A stretch of DNA of 64,000 nt from an uncultured Gemmatimonadaceae bacterium (GCA_963740355.1 CAVUDW010000002.1:1504001-1568000); one strand, 5' to 3'; counted from the first letter of the stretch, positions 47,462 through 57,065 are shown. Program-made: numbers and translations. The notes: generated by a model from the sequence alone, not told the origin.

Positions 47462-47478
47462 GCGCGGGGCGCGGTTCA
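47446..47478. terminator. Hairpin terminator between convergent genes
   Basis: AACCGCGCCCC-7 nt-GGGGCGCGGTT (11-bp perfect stem); short T tract on the minus strand. Confidence 0.6.
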
Positions 47479-47542
47479 CGATGCCAGCGACGCGACCACT
47501 ACCGCGGCGCGAGAGCAGCACCGTACTCGGTGCGGTCTCGGC

Positions 47543-48190
47543 CTAGCCGAACAGCTTCTTCAGCAACCCCGGCGGGCGAATCTTCACCTGTGGCTTGAAC
47601 TCGATGCGGCCCTGGCTTGCGCGCTCGCGTTCGACCTGCTTGCCCTTCACGTTTTCGCGGATGTAGTGGTGCTTGCCCTGCGTGCCATCCTTGGCGAACG
47701 AGTCGATCGATCCGACGTAGCCGTAGAACGAGCAGTTCTTGTAGCCGCGTGAATACATCTCGTCAGCCACCTGACGGGCGAATGGTGGGCCCGCCACTTC
47801 GGGATCGGAGCCGATCTTGCCACTTTCCGCGCTGTGGCAGTTGAACAGCTTGATCTTGCCTGAATAAGCCTTTTTCAGGCCGCTCTCGATGAGGCGATCC
47901 ACGACCGTCTCGACATCGATTCGTTCACCACCGCGACCACCTTCGATCGACTTGAAGCCCGGCATGCCGTGACCGCGGATGTAGATCTGGCCCGTGCTCA
48001 TCGATGACATGAACGGATTCTTCGTCTTCGGCTTGTACCAGACCGCGACGGCGGTGTTGCCCTTGGTCAGCTCGTGGTCGATATCCTGCTGCAGCTTGTT
48101 CATCCCACCCTGCGCGGAGCCGTATTCGGTCTGCGCCGCGAGATACATGTGGTGATTGGGATCGTAGGGCATGAAGAACGCTTTGTTCAT
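47543..48190 (-). CDS. Putative clan CD (C80/caspase-like) cysteine protease; candidate T6SS effector
   Basis: 215 aa from ATG 48190; IYIRGHG and IKLFNCHSA match the His-Cys dyad pattern; no signal peptide. Confidence 0.6.
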   Translation of the reverse strand: MNKAFFMPYDPNHHMYLAAQTEYGSAQGGMNKLQQDIDHELTKGNTAVAVWYKPKTKNPFMSSMSTGQIYIRGHGMPGFKSIEGGRGGERIDVETVVDRLIESGLKKAYSGKIKLFNCHSAESGKIGSDPEVAGPPFARQVADEMYSRGYKNCSFYGYVGSIDSFAKDGTQGKHHYIRENVKGKQVERERASQGRIEFKPQVKIRPPGLLKKLFG

Positions 48191-48531
48191 TGCCGTGAGC
48201 CTCGAATGGGTGGTGACCTGTGGAACGGAGACAGCGATCCGGCGGCGGGGGAGGGCGGTCGCCCCGCGTGAAGGCACAATTGTGGGGGGTGGGGCGCGAA
48301 GTCGCCACTGGCCGGTCCGGACGATGGATGCGACGACGTGACACTGCGCTCGCGTTTGCGGAAGCCGCTCAGAGGTGGCGCTGCCGACGCTCTGGCGCTT
48401 TGCCGAACCGAGCGACATCCTAATGGATGGGCTTGGTGCGGCAGGGCGTCGCCGATGGTCAGCGCAGGCAGAACTCCCAAGAGCGTACAGAACCCTCGCT
48501 GGCCCCTCACCCCTCCACACCAAACGACTTC

Positions 48532-49140
48532 ATGTCAAACGCGTCGGCCGCAGCAAAGCTTGGTGATCCCGCGAAGAAGCTGGCGAAGGCGCAGTTTCAG
48601 GCCTGGCTCGAGAAGAACGTGAAATCAGCCGACGCGACGGTGATCAAGTTCATGCTCGACTACTTCGAGCTGACATGGGACCTTCTCAGCGAGTCAATCA
48701 AACAGGGCAAGGTGCCTGCCAAGGGCGACATCATCCGCTACTTCGGCAACAAGGCCGTTGCGCTGAGTGGATTTTCCGAGGACAACGCCGTGGCCTGTGT
48801 CTCCTCCGTCGTATCCTTCGGCATCACTGCTAGCAATCTTGAGACCGCGGCAGGCGGCGTGCCCGGCGTCGTGCTGTACATCAGCCTGTTGATGCTGGAC
48901 GGTTTGGACGTGGGCGGGAACTGCTACCTCGCGTACCTCGATCAATCGAACGCGCAGAAGATCGAGCAATTGAAAGTCGATCTCGAAAAGCGCCGAGCGA
49001 GGGCGTTCGCCCAAGCGCGCACAAACATGACCGGCACCGCGCCGCAGGCGGACCCGCTGGCCGCATTGCTGCAATACGAAGGACGGCAACCGCAGCAGTG
49101 TATGAGTTCGCCAGCGATCGCCGTGCCGCGACTTCCATAA
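48532..49140 (+). CDS. Hypothetical protein with central hydrophobic helical hairpin
   Basis: 202 aa, natural-looking composition, no signal peptide; stop 6 nt from the tssM stop (convergent). Confidence 0.65.
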   Translation: MSNASAAAKLGDPAKKLAKAQFQAWLEKNVKSADATVIKFMLDYFELTWDLLSESIKQGKVPAKGDIIRYFGNKAVALSGFSEDNAVACVSSVVSFGITASNLETAAGGVPGVVLYISLLMLDGLDVGGNCYLAYLDQSNAQKIEQLKVDLEKRRARAFAQARTNMTGTAPQADPLAALLQYEGRQPQQCMSSPAIAVPRLP

Positions 49141-49146
49141 CTCTGC

Positions 49147-52100
49147 CTACTGCGCCACCTGCCCCGGACACGCCTGCCCAGCCAACCCGCCACGCTGCAC
49201 CACCGGCCCACCACCGGGCGCCCACAACTCCAGCACCACCGGCGCCGCACCGCTGAACGTCAGGCGCCCGGTGTTGGCGCGGCCCCCTTCGTAGGACGTC
49301 GCGCGCGCCATCACGCGGAACAGCGCCCATGGCCCATCCGCGCGCGCCAGCTCCTGGTCGCGGCCACCGGACATGACTGACAACCGCGCCGCGCGCCCAC
49401 CGCTCGGCGGCCAGGCCACGCCCTGTGCTTCACCGCCTGGCACGAACCGAGGTGTGCGGTCGCCATGAGAAAGCGTCACCGGCCCCGCGTCTGGCGTCGC
49501 AAGCACCTTCACCGTCAGCGCCATGCGCGGTGTTTGCCCCTTGTCTGCGTAGAGCGCACCTGATGCACGCGCCATGCGCTTGAAGAAGCCGACGAATTGC
49601 GGCGTCAATGTCACGCCGTTGGCCGGCCTCGACACATACGTGCCATTCTCGAGAGGCAGCAGCGGCTGCAACCGCTCATCGTAGAACTGCCAGAGCGATC
49701 CGGTGCCTGGAGCCAGCAGCGCATTGACATCGCGCAAATCCGCATCGCCCTGTTCGGGATCGAATGGGAATTTGCGCAGGATACGCTCCATCGCCTTGCA
49801 CAGTTGCTTGCCGCGATCGTTGAGGATCACGGCCAGTTCTGGTCCGGTGGCGCTGCCCGCGGCGTCGGAGCCGGCCGGCGCTGCAGGCGCGGGTGCTGCA
49901 CCACCGCCGCCGACTGCGGGCGTGGGCACCGCGGGCGCCATCGCCACTGGTGCTGCGGCGCCTGGTCCCGCGCCCGCCTTGCTCGGGGTCCTTGGCAGCG
50001 GTGCGTTGGACGCCTTCTGCAACGTCGCCTCCGCGCCATCGATCGGGGCCTGCAGCAAGGTCGCAACCACGCGGCCAATCGCCGCCGCATCGGGATCCAC
50101 TGCGAACTTCTGCTCGAGTTGGCGCGCCGCAATCTTCGCCGTTGACGATGGGCCCATCAAGACGTTCTGCGCCGCCAGCTTCTGCGCGGCGATCGTCGCG
50201 GTGTCCGTGCCCGGTGGAAGATTGCCGAGCTGCTCCATCGCGCCCTGCAGCATCAATAACGCATTGGCATACGGCTCATTCGCCTCGCTCACAAACTTGC
50301 CCTGCACACTGGCCGGCGTCACGCTGTGCACTGGTTGAAACGCGCGCGTCAGCGAAGTGTCGACGCTGGTGTTGTGCGCCACCATCGAGAGGATCGCGAG
50401 CAACGGTGATTGCGCACCGCCCAGCTTCCCCAGCCGCGCTGCCGATTCCTTGACGCTCGGAGGACGCGGCACACTCACGGCGCGCAGTGCATTGCGCCAC
50501 TGCGTCGCATAGTCGGCGACATACCGCTTGCGGATCTCCGCCAGGTCCTGCTCCCGGTTGCGGCTCGACACAGCGCTCCGTTCGCCAAGCACCCACTGCT
50601 CACCCTGGAAGAAACGATCCGAATCCTTCAGCACCTCTTGCATCGTGCGCCAGCCAGCGCTGGTGTAGGGGCCGAGCACGATGGCACCTCCCGTGCCCAC
50701 CACACCTGCCGCCTGCGGCACGGTATCCGCCAGCTTGACCTGCTTCACCTTCGCCGACACGGTCGAGAGCATCGAGACGTAGATCGGGTCGATGCCGGCA
50801 AAACCGTTGAGGTAGTCACGCGTGTGACCGACGAGCTTCACATCACCGGTCACGGGCCAGAGGGGCTCTGCAGCCTGCAGCGACGCGTAGGTGTCGAACT
50901 GGCGGCGAGCGAGTTCCGTCACGGCGGTGTCGGTCGCGATACCGCGCTGCCACGCCGACAACAGCACCGGCGTCACGAACGACGCAGAACTCCTTGCATG
51001 TTCTGCCGTGCCGACGAGGTACGTCTTCAGCATGTCATACGACAGGCCGTAGTCAGAGGTCGCGACGGGTTTGTCAGGCAACGCGCGCAACGAGTCGGTC
51101 AGCGTGCGCCAGGCATCGTCGTGCAACTGGCGGCGGTATCCCGCGACCCAGGCCGGCCGTGCGGATGCGATCAGGCCCTTGCCATTCCAGAGTCCGAATC
51201 GCATCGAAAACGGTGCGCCGACGCTATCGATCGCGGCGATGGTATCGATCAGGCTTCGCAGGCGCTCCAGCGTGCGCAGCGCTTCACCGCTGGGCAACGC
51301 GATCGTGCCAGGTGCTGCTTGCACCACCGGCAACGACGCCACGCTCCGTGCCGCGTCCAGCGTGCGCGCAGTGAGCGCACGATTGCCAAGCCAACTCACG
51401 GTGACACCAATTCCAAGCAATACGCCGGCACCGATCACGCTGCCAAGCAACACGCGGCGCATCCCGGAGACGCGCACACCACCGATCGCCGCGGCGCGTC
51501 CACTGCGATCGCCAAACACCACATCGGTGAAGAAGCGATCGATGAACACCCACTCCGGTACCTTGCGCGCCGCTGCCACTGGCTCAGGCGCCATCGCGTT
51601 GCCAGGCACCCCCGGACGAAACAGCCCGGTGGCGCCGGCCGCAGGCGCCTGCATCGCAGCCGCCGCTGGCGCAGCGTCGCGCACCAGCACCGGGCGCGCG
51701 CCAGTGAACCAGAACCCGCGCAGCTGCGGCGTCATGCCCATCTGCGATGGCCGCGTCACCTCCACCATGAACCGGATCGCCGCCGGCGCAAGCTTGCTCA
51801 TCTCGCGCGGCACTTCGTACGACGTCAAACGCTGTGCGTCGACCGACTCCCGGGTCAGCAGTTCGCCGCGCCGTGCACCCAATGCGGCAATCAGCGTGGC
51901 GAAGGCACTCTCGAGACGTGGGACCAGGCGTTCGGCATAGGCGCCAGCAGCGCCGCTGTCGAACGGCAACGCCGCGCCCAGCGGCACTCGCGTCTCGTCA
52001 CGCGTCAGTGGGGCAAGCCATCCCTCGAGATACGGAATGCGATCGACACGCGTGAAGAGCACGTACACCGGCACCCGCATGCCGAGCTGATTGGCTGCAT

Positions 52101-52749
52101 CGGCGAGCCGTTCGCGCAGGGTCGGCGCCAGGGCGTCGAGCTGTTTCGCTTCGTCGGCGCCGGCGAGAAAGTCGCATGGAATGCAGAGCACGATGGCGCG
52201 CGGCGCGGGCTCGCGACGGCCAAGCGCCACGGCCAGTCCGGGGGCGCGCATCGCACGCACGAAGCGTGTGAAACGACCAGCATCGGCGATCAACGCGCCC
52301 GGCGCTTCGACCACCGCGCCGCCTCCCGCAAGCCAGATGTTCGCCGCCTTGGTCGGCTCTTCTGGTCCGGTGCCGCGCGCATCACCAGCCAGCAGCTGTG
52401 CATCGAGCCCACTGCGCGTGATGACGGTGGTCTTGGTACTCGTCGGCGGACCAATCACGAAAACCAGCGACTTGCGCAGCAGTTCACCGCGCGGCAGGCG
52501 ATCCGCCGCCTGTCGCAGCGCCAGGATGGCATCGTCCTTCTCGGCCTTCGAGACGGCATCGGTGGGACGCAAGACGTGCCACGTGAGCATGGCGCCTGCT
52601 GCGCCGAGCACCGCGAGCCCGAGCAGGATTGCCGTGCGCTCGCCGCCGGTGAGCTTGAGGAGCCAGATCACGATGATCGCGATCAGGATGAACGCGAGCA
52701 GCACGCCGAGGCTGGCCAGCCAGCGGGTGGTGCGCGAGGAATGAGTCAT
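49147..52749 (-). CDS. tssM: T6SS membrane complex protein TssM (IcmF)
   Basis: Two N-terminal TMs, P-loop-like domain, RVPVYVLFT..D, LRGFWFTG, third TM, YDMLKTYL, Y..DYATQW, FPF, GPWALFR. Confidence 0.9.
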   Translation of the reverse strand: MTHSSRTTRWLASLGVLLAFILIAIIVIWLLKLTGGERTAILLGLAVLGAAGAMLTWHVLRPTDAVSKAEKDDAILALRQAADRLPRGELLRKSLVFVIGPPTSTKTTVITRSGLDAQLLAGDARGTGPEEPTKAANIWLAGGGAVVEAPGALIADAGRFTRFVRAMRAPGLAVALGRREPAPRAIVLCIPCDFLAGADEAKQLDALAPTLRERLADAANQLGMRVPVYVLFTRVDRIPYLEGWLAPLTRDETRVPLGAALPFDSGAAGAYAERLVPRLESAFATLIAALGARRGELLTRESVDAQRLTSYEVPREMSKLAPAAIRFMVEVTRPSQMGMTPQLRGFWFTGARPVLVRDAAPAAAAMQAPAAGATGLFRPGVPGNAMAPEPVAAARKVPEWVFIDRFFTDVVFGDRSGRAAAIGGVRVSGMRRVLLGSVIGAGVLLGIGVTVSWLGNRALTARTLDAARSVASLPVVQAAPGTIALPSGEALRTLERLRSLIDTIAAIDSVGAPFSMRFGLWNGKGLIASARPAWVAGYRRQLHDDAWRTLTDSLRALPDKPVATSDYGLSYDMLKTYLVGTAEHARSSASFVTPVLLSAWQRGIATDTAVTELARRQFDTYASLQAAEPLWPVTGDVKLVGHTRDYLNGFAGIDPIYVSMLSTVSAKVKQVKLADTVPQAAGVVGTGGAIVLGPYTSAGWRTMQEVLKDSDRFFQGEQWVLGERSAVSSRNREQDLAEIRKRYVADYATQWRNALRAVSVPRPPSVKESAARLGKLGGAQSPLLAILSMVAHNTSVDTSLTRAFQPVHSVTPASVQGKFVSEANEPYANALLMLQGAMEQLGNLPPGTDTATIAAQKLAAQNVLMGPSSTAKIAARQLEQKFAVDPDAAAIGRVVATLLQAPIDGAEATLQKASNAPLPRTPSKAGAGPGAAAPVAMAPAVPTPAVGGGGAAPAPAAPAGSDAAGSATGPELAVILNDRGKQLCKAMERILRKFPFDPEQGDADLRDVNALLAPGTGSLWQFYDERLQPLLPLENGTYVSRPANGVTLTPQFVGFFKRMARASGALYADKGQTPRMALTVKVLATPDAGPVTLSHGDRTPRFVPGGEAQGVAWPPSGGRAARLSVMSGGRDQELARADGPWALFRVMARATSYEGGRANTGRLTFSGAAPVVLELWAPGGGPVVQRGGLAGQACPGQVAQ

Positions 52750-52766
52750 GACGCGTTCCGGAAGCG

Positions 52767-53462
52767 TTAGCGTGAAGAAGCGTCGGTGATGGCGCGAATG
52801 TCCTGCTGGCCGCCTGCAAGTGTTGCGCGTCCTGCGCCCCACACCGCAGCGACCAGCACGACGACGAGGACGGCACCCACCGCCAATCGCCGGATCCAGG
52901 GATCCTTTGCCGCGACGGCATCGTCCACCGGTCGCCATGCCGGCGCGAGGTCACCCGAGGCGCCACGAATCCGAGTGATACGGTCGCCAACGCGGTGCGC
53001 AATCACCTTCAGCGCGCCTGCATCGCTGCCGTACCGCCCGCGAAAGCCGAGCAGCAGGGCGTGGTGGAACACTTCGAGAACGTCGGCCAGCGCCGGTTCA
53101 TCCGAGCGTGCCAGCTGTTGCTCCAGATACTGATAAAACAGCTCGCCGCCCATGTGCCCACCAAACAGCTCGTCCTGCAGCGGACGTCGTGACCATTCCG
53201 CGAGTGCCGGTTGCGCAGAGTTGAGTACCGATTCGTCGAGGAAGGCGACCGCGGCGAAGAGTGCCACACGCACGTCGGTGGCGGCGTAGCCTGTGGCGGC
53301 ACCTGCCTGTTCCGCCTTCGCCAGCAGCGTGCGAGCCTGTTGGCGAAACGACTCGGCATCACGGACTGGGGCGCGATCACTCCGCAGCCGCGCAATCACC
53401 GTGAACAGATCCTGAAGCGAGAGCGCCAGACGTCCTGGCGCAGCAGTCGCGGGCGTGGTCAT
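52767..53462 (-). CDS. tssL: T6SS protein TssL (DotU), no OmpA domain
   Basis: FAAVAFLDESVL, W...PLQ.ELFG...GGE.F, LLLGFRGRY, C-terminal TM. Confidence 0.92.
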   Translation of the reverse strand: MTTPATAAPGRLALSLQDLFTVIARLRSDRAPVRDAESFRQQARTLLAKAEQAGAATGYAATDVRVALFAAVAFLDESVLNSAQPALAEWSRRPLQDELFGGHMGGELFYQYLEQQLARSDEPALADVLEVFHHALLLGFRGRYGSDAGALKVIAHRVGDRITRIRGASGDLAPAWRPVDDAVAAKDPWIRRLAVGAVLVVVLVAAVWGAGRATLAGGQQDIRAITDASSR

Positions 53463-53517
53463 GAGTGCGGGGGCTGGCGACGAGACGGTGACGATGGCGG
53501 ATCGATCGAGGACGACG

Positions 53518-54888
53518 TTACTCAGGCACCAGCACGGCGATCTCGATCACCGCATCTGGCAACGAATCAGGGACATAGACGCCGACTTCACGCGTCTGCA
53601 GCAGGGCCTGTGCGCAGGGGCCGTCACGCGTGATGGCGAAGTAGCTCATCTCGGCGCGCGGGGCGATCCCGGTCGGCGGCGTCGGCACCGACTCGATCGT
53701 GAGGCCGGCGTAGGCGCGGCGCACCAGTTCGAGGACGAACTTGGCGGCGCAGACCTTGGCGTGCTGCGGGAACTGCGTCGCAGTGAGCAGCGGTCCGAGG
53801 CTCGTGCGGACGCCAACGTACCAGCGTGCCGAGGGCTCGAAGCAACGCGCGTCGGTGATCGCGGCCGTGTGCAGCGTCGATGACGTTTCCGTCAATCGCA
53901 CGACCACAGCGCGCGCGGACACGACGGCGTCGAGGTGCGAGCGGAGGTGGTAGTCCAGCGCGCCGAAGCACCCTTCCAGGTCCTGATGGTCGTACATCGG
54001 CAGGTCGCGCGCCTGCACCGTGAGCGAGAAGGTGCAGAGCGCGCCGGACAGCCGCGACAGTTCCACCCAGAGCCGCTCCGGATGTGCGGTGCGATTCGAC
54101 AGCAGGTGCCGCAGCGGCGCCTCGGCACTGCGAATGGCGTGCAACAACCAGCGGATCGCGACTTCGTTGCCCACGTAGGCCTGCGCCGACGCGGCACCCG
54201 CATCCGCGATCGCCGATGCTAACGCCGCGCTTTTCGCCTCGAGGATCGCGACGGTGTGTTGCAGGAGCGCCACCAGCCGCGGACTGGCGCCGTAGTGCAG
54301 GCAAGGCGGGATATAGTCGCGATCTACGACAAAATGGCCGCCGGCATCACGACGGATGCGCGCCAGTGGCAACGTGATGTCGCCCGCGGACAGTTCGTCA
54401 TCGAGCAGTAGCCGCAGGTGCTTGGTCGTGACCGTGACCGCGAGGGCGTCGGTGCCGGTGGTTTCGTCCACCAGTGTCCGTTCGTCCCGACGGAATCGCG
54501 TGGTCGCCGATGGCAGTGCTGACGCAGGGGCGACGTTTGGCGCATCGTTCAGCCACGGCGCGAGCGCCAGGTGCACCAGGTGCGACTCGCGTGTCGGCGA
54601 AAACCGCGCGGCCAGTGCCGTGGCGAGGGGCAGGGGATCGGGATCGGGCACCTGCAGCGGCGTGCCATCAGGGAATCGGCCGCGTGCATGCACCAGCGAG
54701 AGCGTTCCGCCGCGCAGCGCATCCGTATCCAGCTCCACGCCGGCGACGCCCCACGCGAATGGGATCATGGCATCAATTGCACGTCGCGCCTCGTCCTCGA
54801 GCCATCGACGCTGTGCCTGAAAATGCTGCGGGGCCAACGCCATGCCTTCCTGCCACACCGGCCGTGCCGGCGACAGCGGCTGGCTCAT
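53518..54888 (-). CDS. tssK: T6SS baseplate subunit TssK, copy 1
   Basis: VWQEGMALAPQHFQAQ, GRFPDGT, YIPPCL, HPERL, YDHQDL..CF. Confidence 0.92.
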   Translation of the reverse strand: MSQPLSPARPVWQEGMALAPQHFQAQRRWLEDEARRAIDAMIPFAWGVAGVELDTDALRGGTLSLVHARGRFPDGTPLQVPDPDPLPLATALAARFSPTRESHLVHLALAPWLNDAPNVAPASALPSATTRFRRDERTLVDETTGTDALAVTVTTKHLRLLLDDELSAGDITLPLARIRRDAGGHFVVDRDYIPPCLHYGASPRLVALLQHTVAILEAKSAALASAIADAGAASAQAYVGNEVAIRWLLHAIRSAEAPLRHLLSNRTAHPERLWVELSRLSGALCTFSLTVQARDLPMYDHQDLEGCFGALDYHLRSHLDAVVSARAVVVRLTETSSTLHTAAITDARCFEPSARWYVGVRTSLGPLLTATQFPQHAKVCAAKFVLELVRRAYAGLTIESVPTPPTGIAPRAEMSYFAITRDGPCAQALLQTREVGVYVPDSLPDAVIEIAVLVPE

Positions 54889-55145
54889 GGTGCCCACGTT
54901 GCGAACACGCGTCGTGTGCCGGATCTGCAGGCAAAGCGAACGGTCAACATGCGTTCAGGGGGGAGTCGGCGTGGAGGACGAGGCACAGCTGGCGAGCGGC
55001 CCGGTCCGCCGATCCGGAGAGTGCGATTGCGCCAGCGGTTCGTCAAGATAACATACAGCGAAGAGTAGACTGCCTTGAAGGTTACACTGGGACCTCGGCG
55101 GCGCGACCGGTGGTTCGACCGCGTTTTCTCGACACCTGAGCTGTG

Positions 55146-57050
55146 ATGATTGAACCCGCTGCACCCTCGCGTTATCGCTTGTCGATGGCCATCGCGCAGC
55201 AGGATGGCGTTCGAACCTATATCGCGGTGGATACCGTTGCGGGTGATTCGGTCCTCGCGCATGTGCTGACCGATACGTCGCCGGCGGCTCGCACGCTGAT
55301 GACGGCGCGTCTGGCGCAACTCACGGGAACCGATGCCGCGCAGGTGCTGGCGACGGTGGTCACTGACCGCGGCTGGGCCGTGATCACGCGTGCCGAGGAC
55401 GGGCTGAACAACTTTGGTGCGTGGTTGCATGCGCGCACGGTTGAGCCCCCCGCGCCATCGGGGACGATGGAGTTCAGCGCGTTTTCGTTCGCACCGCCGG
55501 CGGCACCATCGGCAGCCGCAGCCCCGGTTGCCGCTCCACCGACGGCGCCGCCGCTTGCGATGCCGAGTGTCGCCGCGCCTGTCGACAAGACGGTCGTCAT
55601 TCCACGGCCGCCGAGCACGCCGCCGGTCACGCCGCCGCCGATGGCCGTGCAGCCGGTCGCTCCGCCGCCGATGGCCATGCCGCCAGTTGCCATGCCGCCG
55701 GTTTCGCTGCCATCAGTGCCTCCAACACCGGCCGCGGTGCCAGCGCCTGCACCGGTGATGCCGATGCCGATGCCCGGTGGCGAGGCGATGGTGCTGCCGG
55801 TGGTGCTGTCATCGTCCCCGCCGCCCCCACCACCGAAGGCGCCTGCACCAGGGGAATTCACGCAGATGTTCGCGCCACTCGGCGCGCCGCCATCGAGTGG
55901 CGCGTCGACGCCGTCGCCGGTAGTTCCGATGCCGGTAGCGCCGATGCCGGTTGTCGCGCCGCCAGCACCGGTTGTTTCGCCGGTCGTGTCGACGCCGATT
56001 GCCCCACCAGTGGCGCCGTCGCCGATTGCCGCGGCGCCAGTTGCACCACAGCCAACATTCGACGGGCCGACACAGGCGCCAGCGCAGCAGTCGGTCACTC
56101 GACCCGATCTCGTGTTGCCGCTGCCACCGGCCGACGATGTGCGACCGGCAGCGCCACCACCCACGCCACCACCCGCGCCACCTGCGGCCATTCCGTCGCC
56201 GTCGGTCGTCACACCGGCGCCGCCTGTGACGCCTGCCGCGCCGGCACCCGGTGAATTCACCGCGATGTTCTCGCCGGGCGCCCACTTGAGCGGTCCACCG
56301 CGACCGCACATGTCACCGCCTGCTGCGGCGCCGCCACCAAGCGCGTACACGCCACCGCTCGCGCCACCTGCGTACACGCCACCGCAGGCGCCGCCACCGT
56401 ACACTCCACCGGTCGCGGCACCACCCGCGTACGTGCCACCGGCACCGCCGCCGGATCGTTTCCCGAGTCCGCCGCCTGACACCCGTCCGCCGGCCTTTGG
56501 TGCGGGTGCGGGCGTGAGCGCGTTGCCGCCGCTGCCGCCCCCTGCGACACCGCGTCCGGTGACGGCGCCGCCGATGTCGCCGCCTCCCCTGTCGCCGCCA
56601 TCACTGGCGATGCCGCCAGCCGGTGCCGCAGCGCCTGCACCGGCGCCTGGTGCGAGTGTACCGCCGGTATTGCCGCCGCCGCTGTTCGGTTTGCCTGCGG
56701 CGGGTGGGCCACCTCCGGCGAAGGCGGGGCGCGCTGCCGCCAGTGAGTACACGATGGTGATGCAGGCGAGCGTGAAGCCGATCGATGCGCCGGCACCTGC
56801 GAAGGAGCCAGCCGCCGATGCCACTGCGTCGACTGGTACGCGTCGACTCACGTTACCGGTGATCCTGATGATCAACGCCGTGGTGTTGCTGACGCTCGGA
56901 TTGATTCTCTACTTCGTGTTGCGAAATCCGCCTGCGGCCGTGCCGACGGTGAAAGGCGCACGAGCTTCGGCGGACAGTGCCGCGAAGGGTGCGGTCGACT
57001 CAGCCAAGGTGCAGGGTGATTCTGCCGGAGCGACCGCGCCAAAACCGTAA
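55146..57050 (+). CDS. Proline-rich single-pass membrane protein with degenerate kinase-N-lobe-like N-terminus (T6SS-associated)
   Basis: About 95-aa globular N-terminus, about 470-aa Pro/Ala tract with repeated motifs, TM VILMINAVVLLTLGLILYFVL. Confidence 0.7.
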   Translation: MIEPAAPSRYRLSMAIAQQDGVRTYIAVDTVAGDSVLAHVLTDTSPAARTLMTARLAQLTGTDAAQVLATVVTDRGWAVITRAEDGLNNFGAWLHARTVEPPAPSGTMEFSAFSFAPPAAPSAAAAPVAAPPTAPPLAMPSVAAPVDKTVVIPRPPSTPPVTPPPMAVQPVAPPPMAMPPVAMPPVSLPSVPPTPAAVPAPAPVMPMPMPGGEAMVLPVVLSSSPPPPPPKAPAPGEFTQMFAPLGAPPSSGASTPSPVVPMPVAPMPVVAPPAPVVSPVVSTPIAPPVAPSPIAAAPVAPQPTFDGPTQAPAQQSVTRPDLVLPLPPADDVRPAAPPPTPPPAPPAAIPSPSVVTPAPPVTPAAPAPGEFTAMFSPGAHLSGPPRPHMSPPAAAPPPSAYTPPLAPPAYTPPQAPPPYTPPVAAPPAYVPPAPPPDRFPSPPPDTRPPAFGAGAGVSALPPLPPPATPRPVTAPPMSPPPLSPPSLAMPPAGAAAPAPAPGASVPPVLPPPLFGLPAAGGPPPAKAGRAAASEYTMVMQASVKPIDAPAPAKEPAADATASTGTRRLTLPVILMINAVVLLTLGLILYFVLRNPPAAVPTVKGARASADSAAKGAVDSAKVQGDSAGATAPKP

Positions 57051-57065
57051 GTCGGTGATCGCGCG

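Noticed and set aside
50410..52770. 786-aa plus-strand ORF
   Set aside because: Antisense to tssM, Arg/His-rich and without motifs; a typical high-GC shadow ORF.
55217..56875. Gly-rich 552-aa minus-strand ORF (PE-PGRS-like appearance)
   Set aside because: Mirror of the Pro-rich gene. The plus frame has the globular N-terminus, the repeated motifs and the TM helix.
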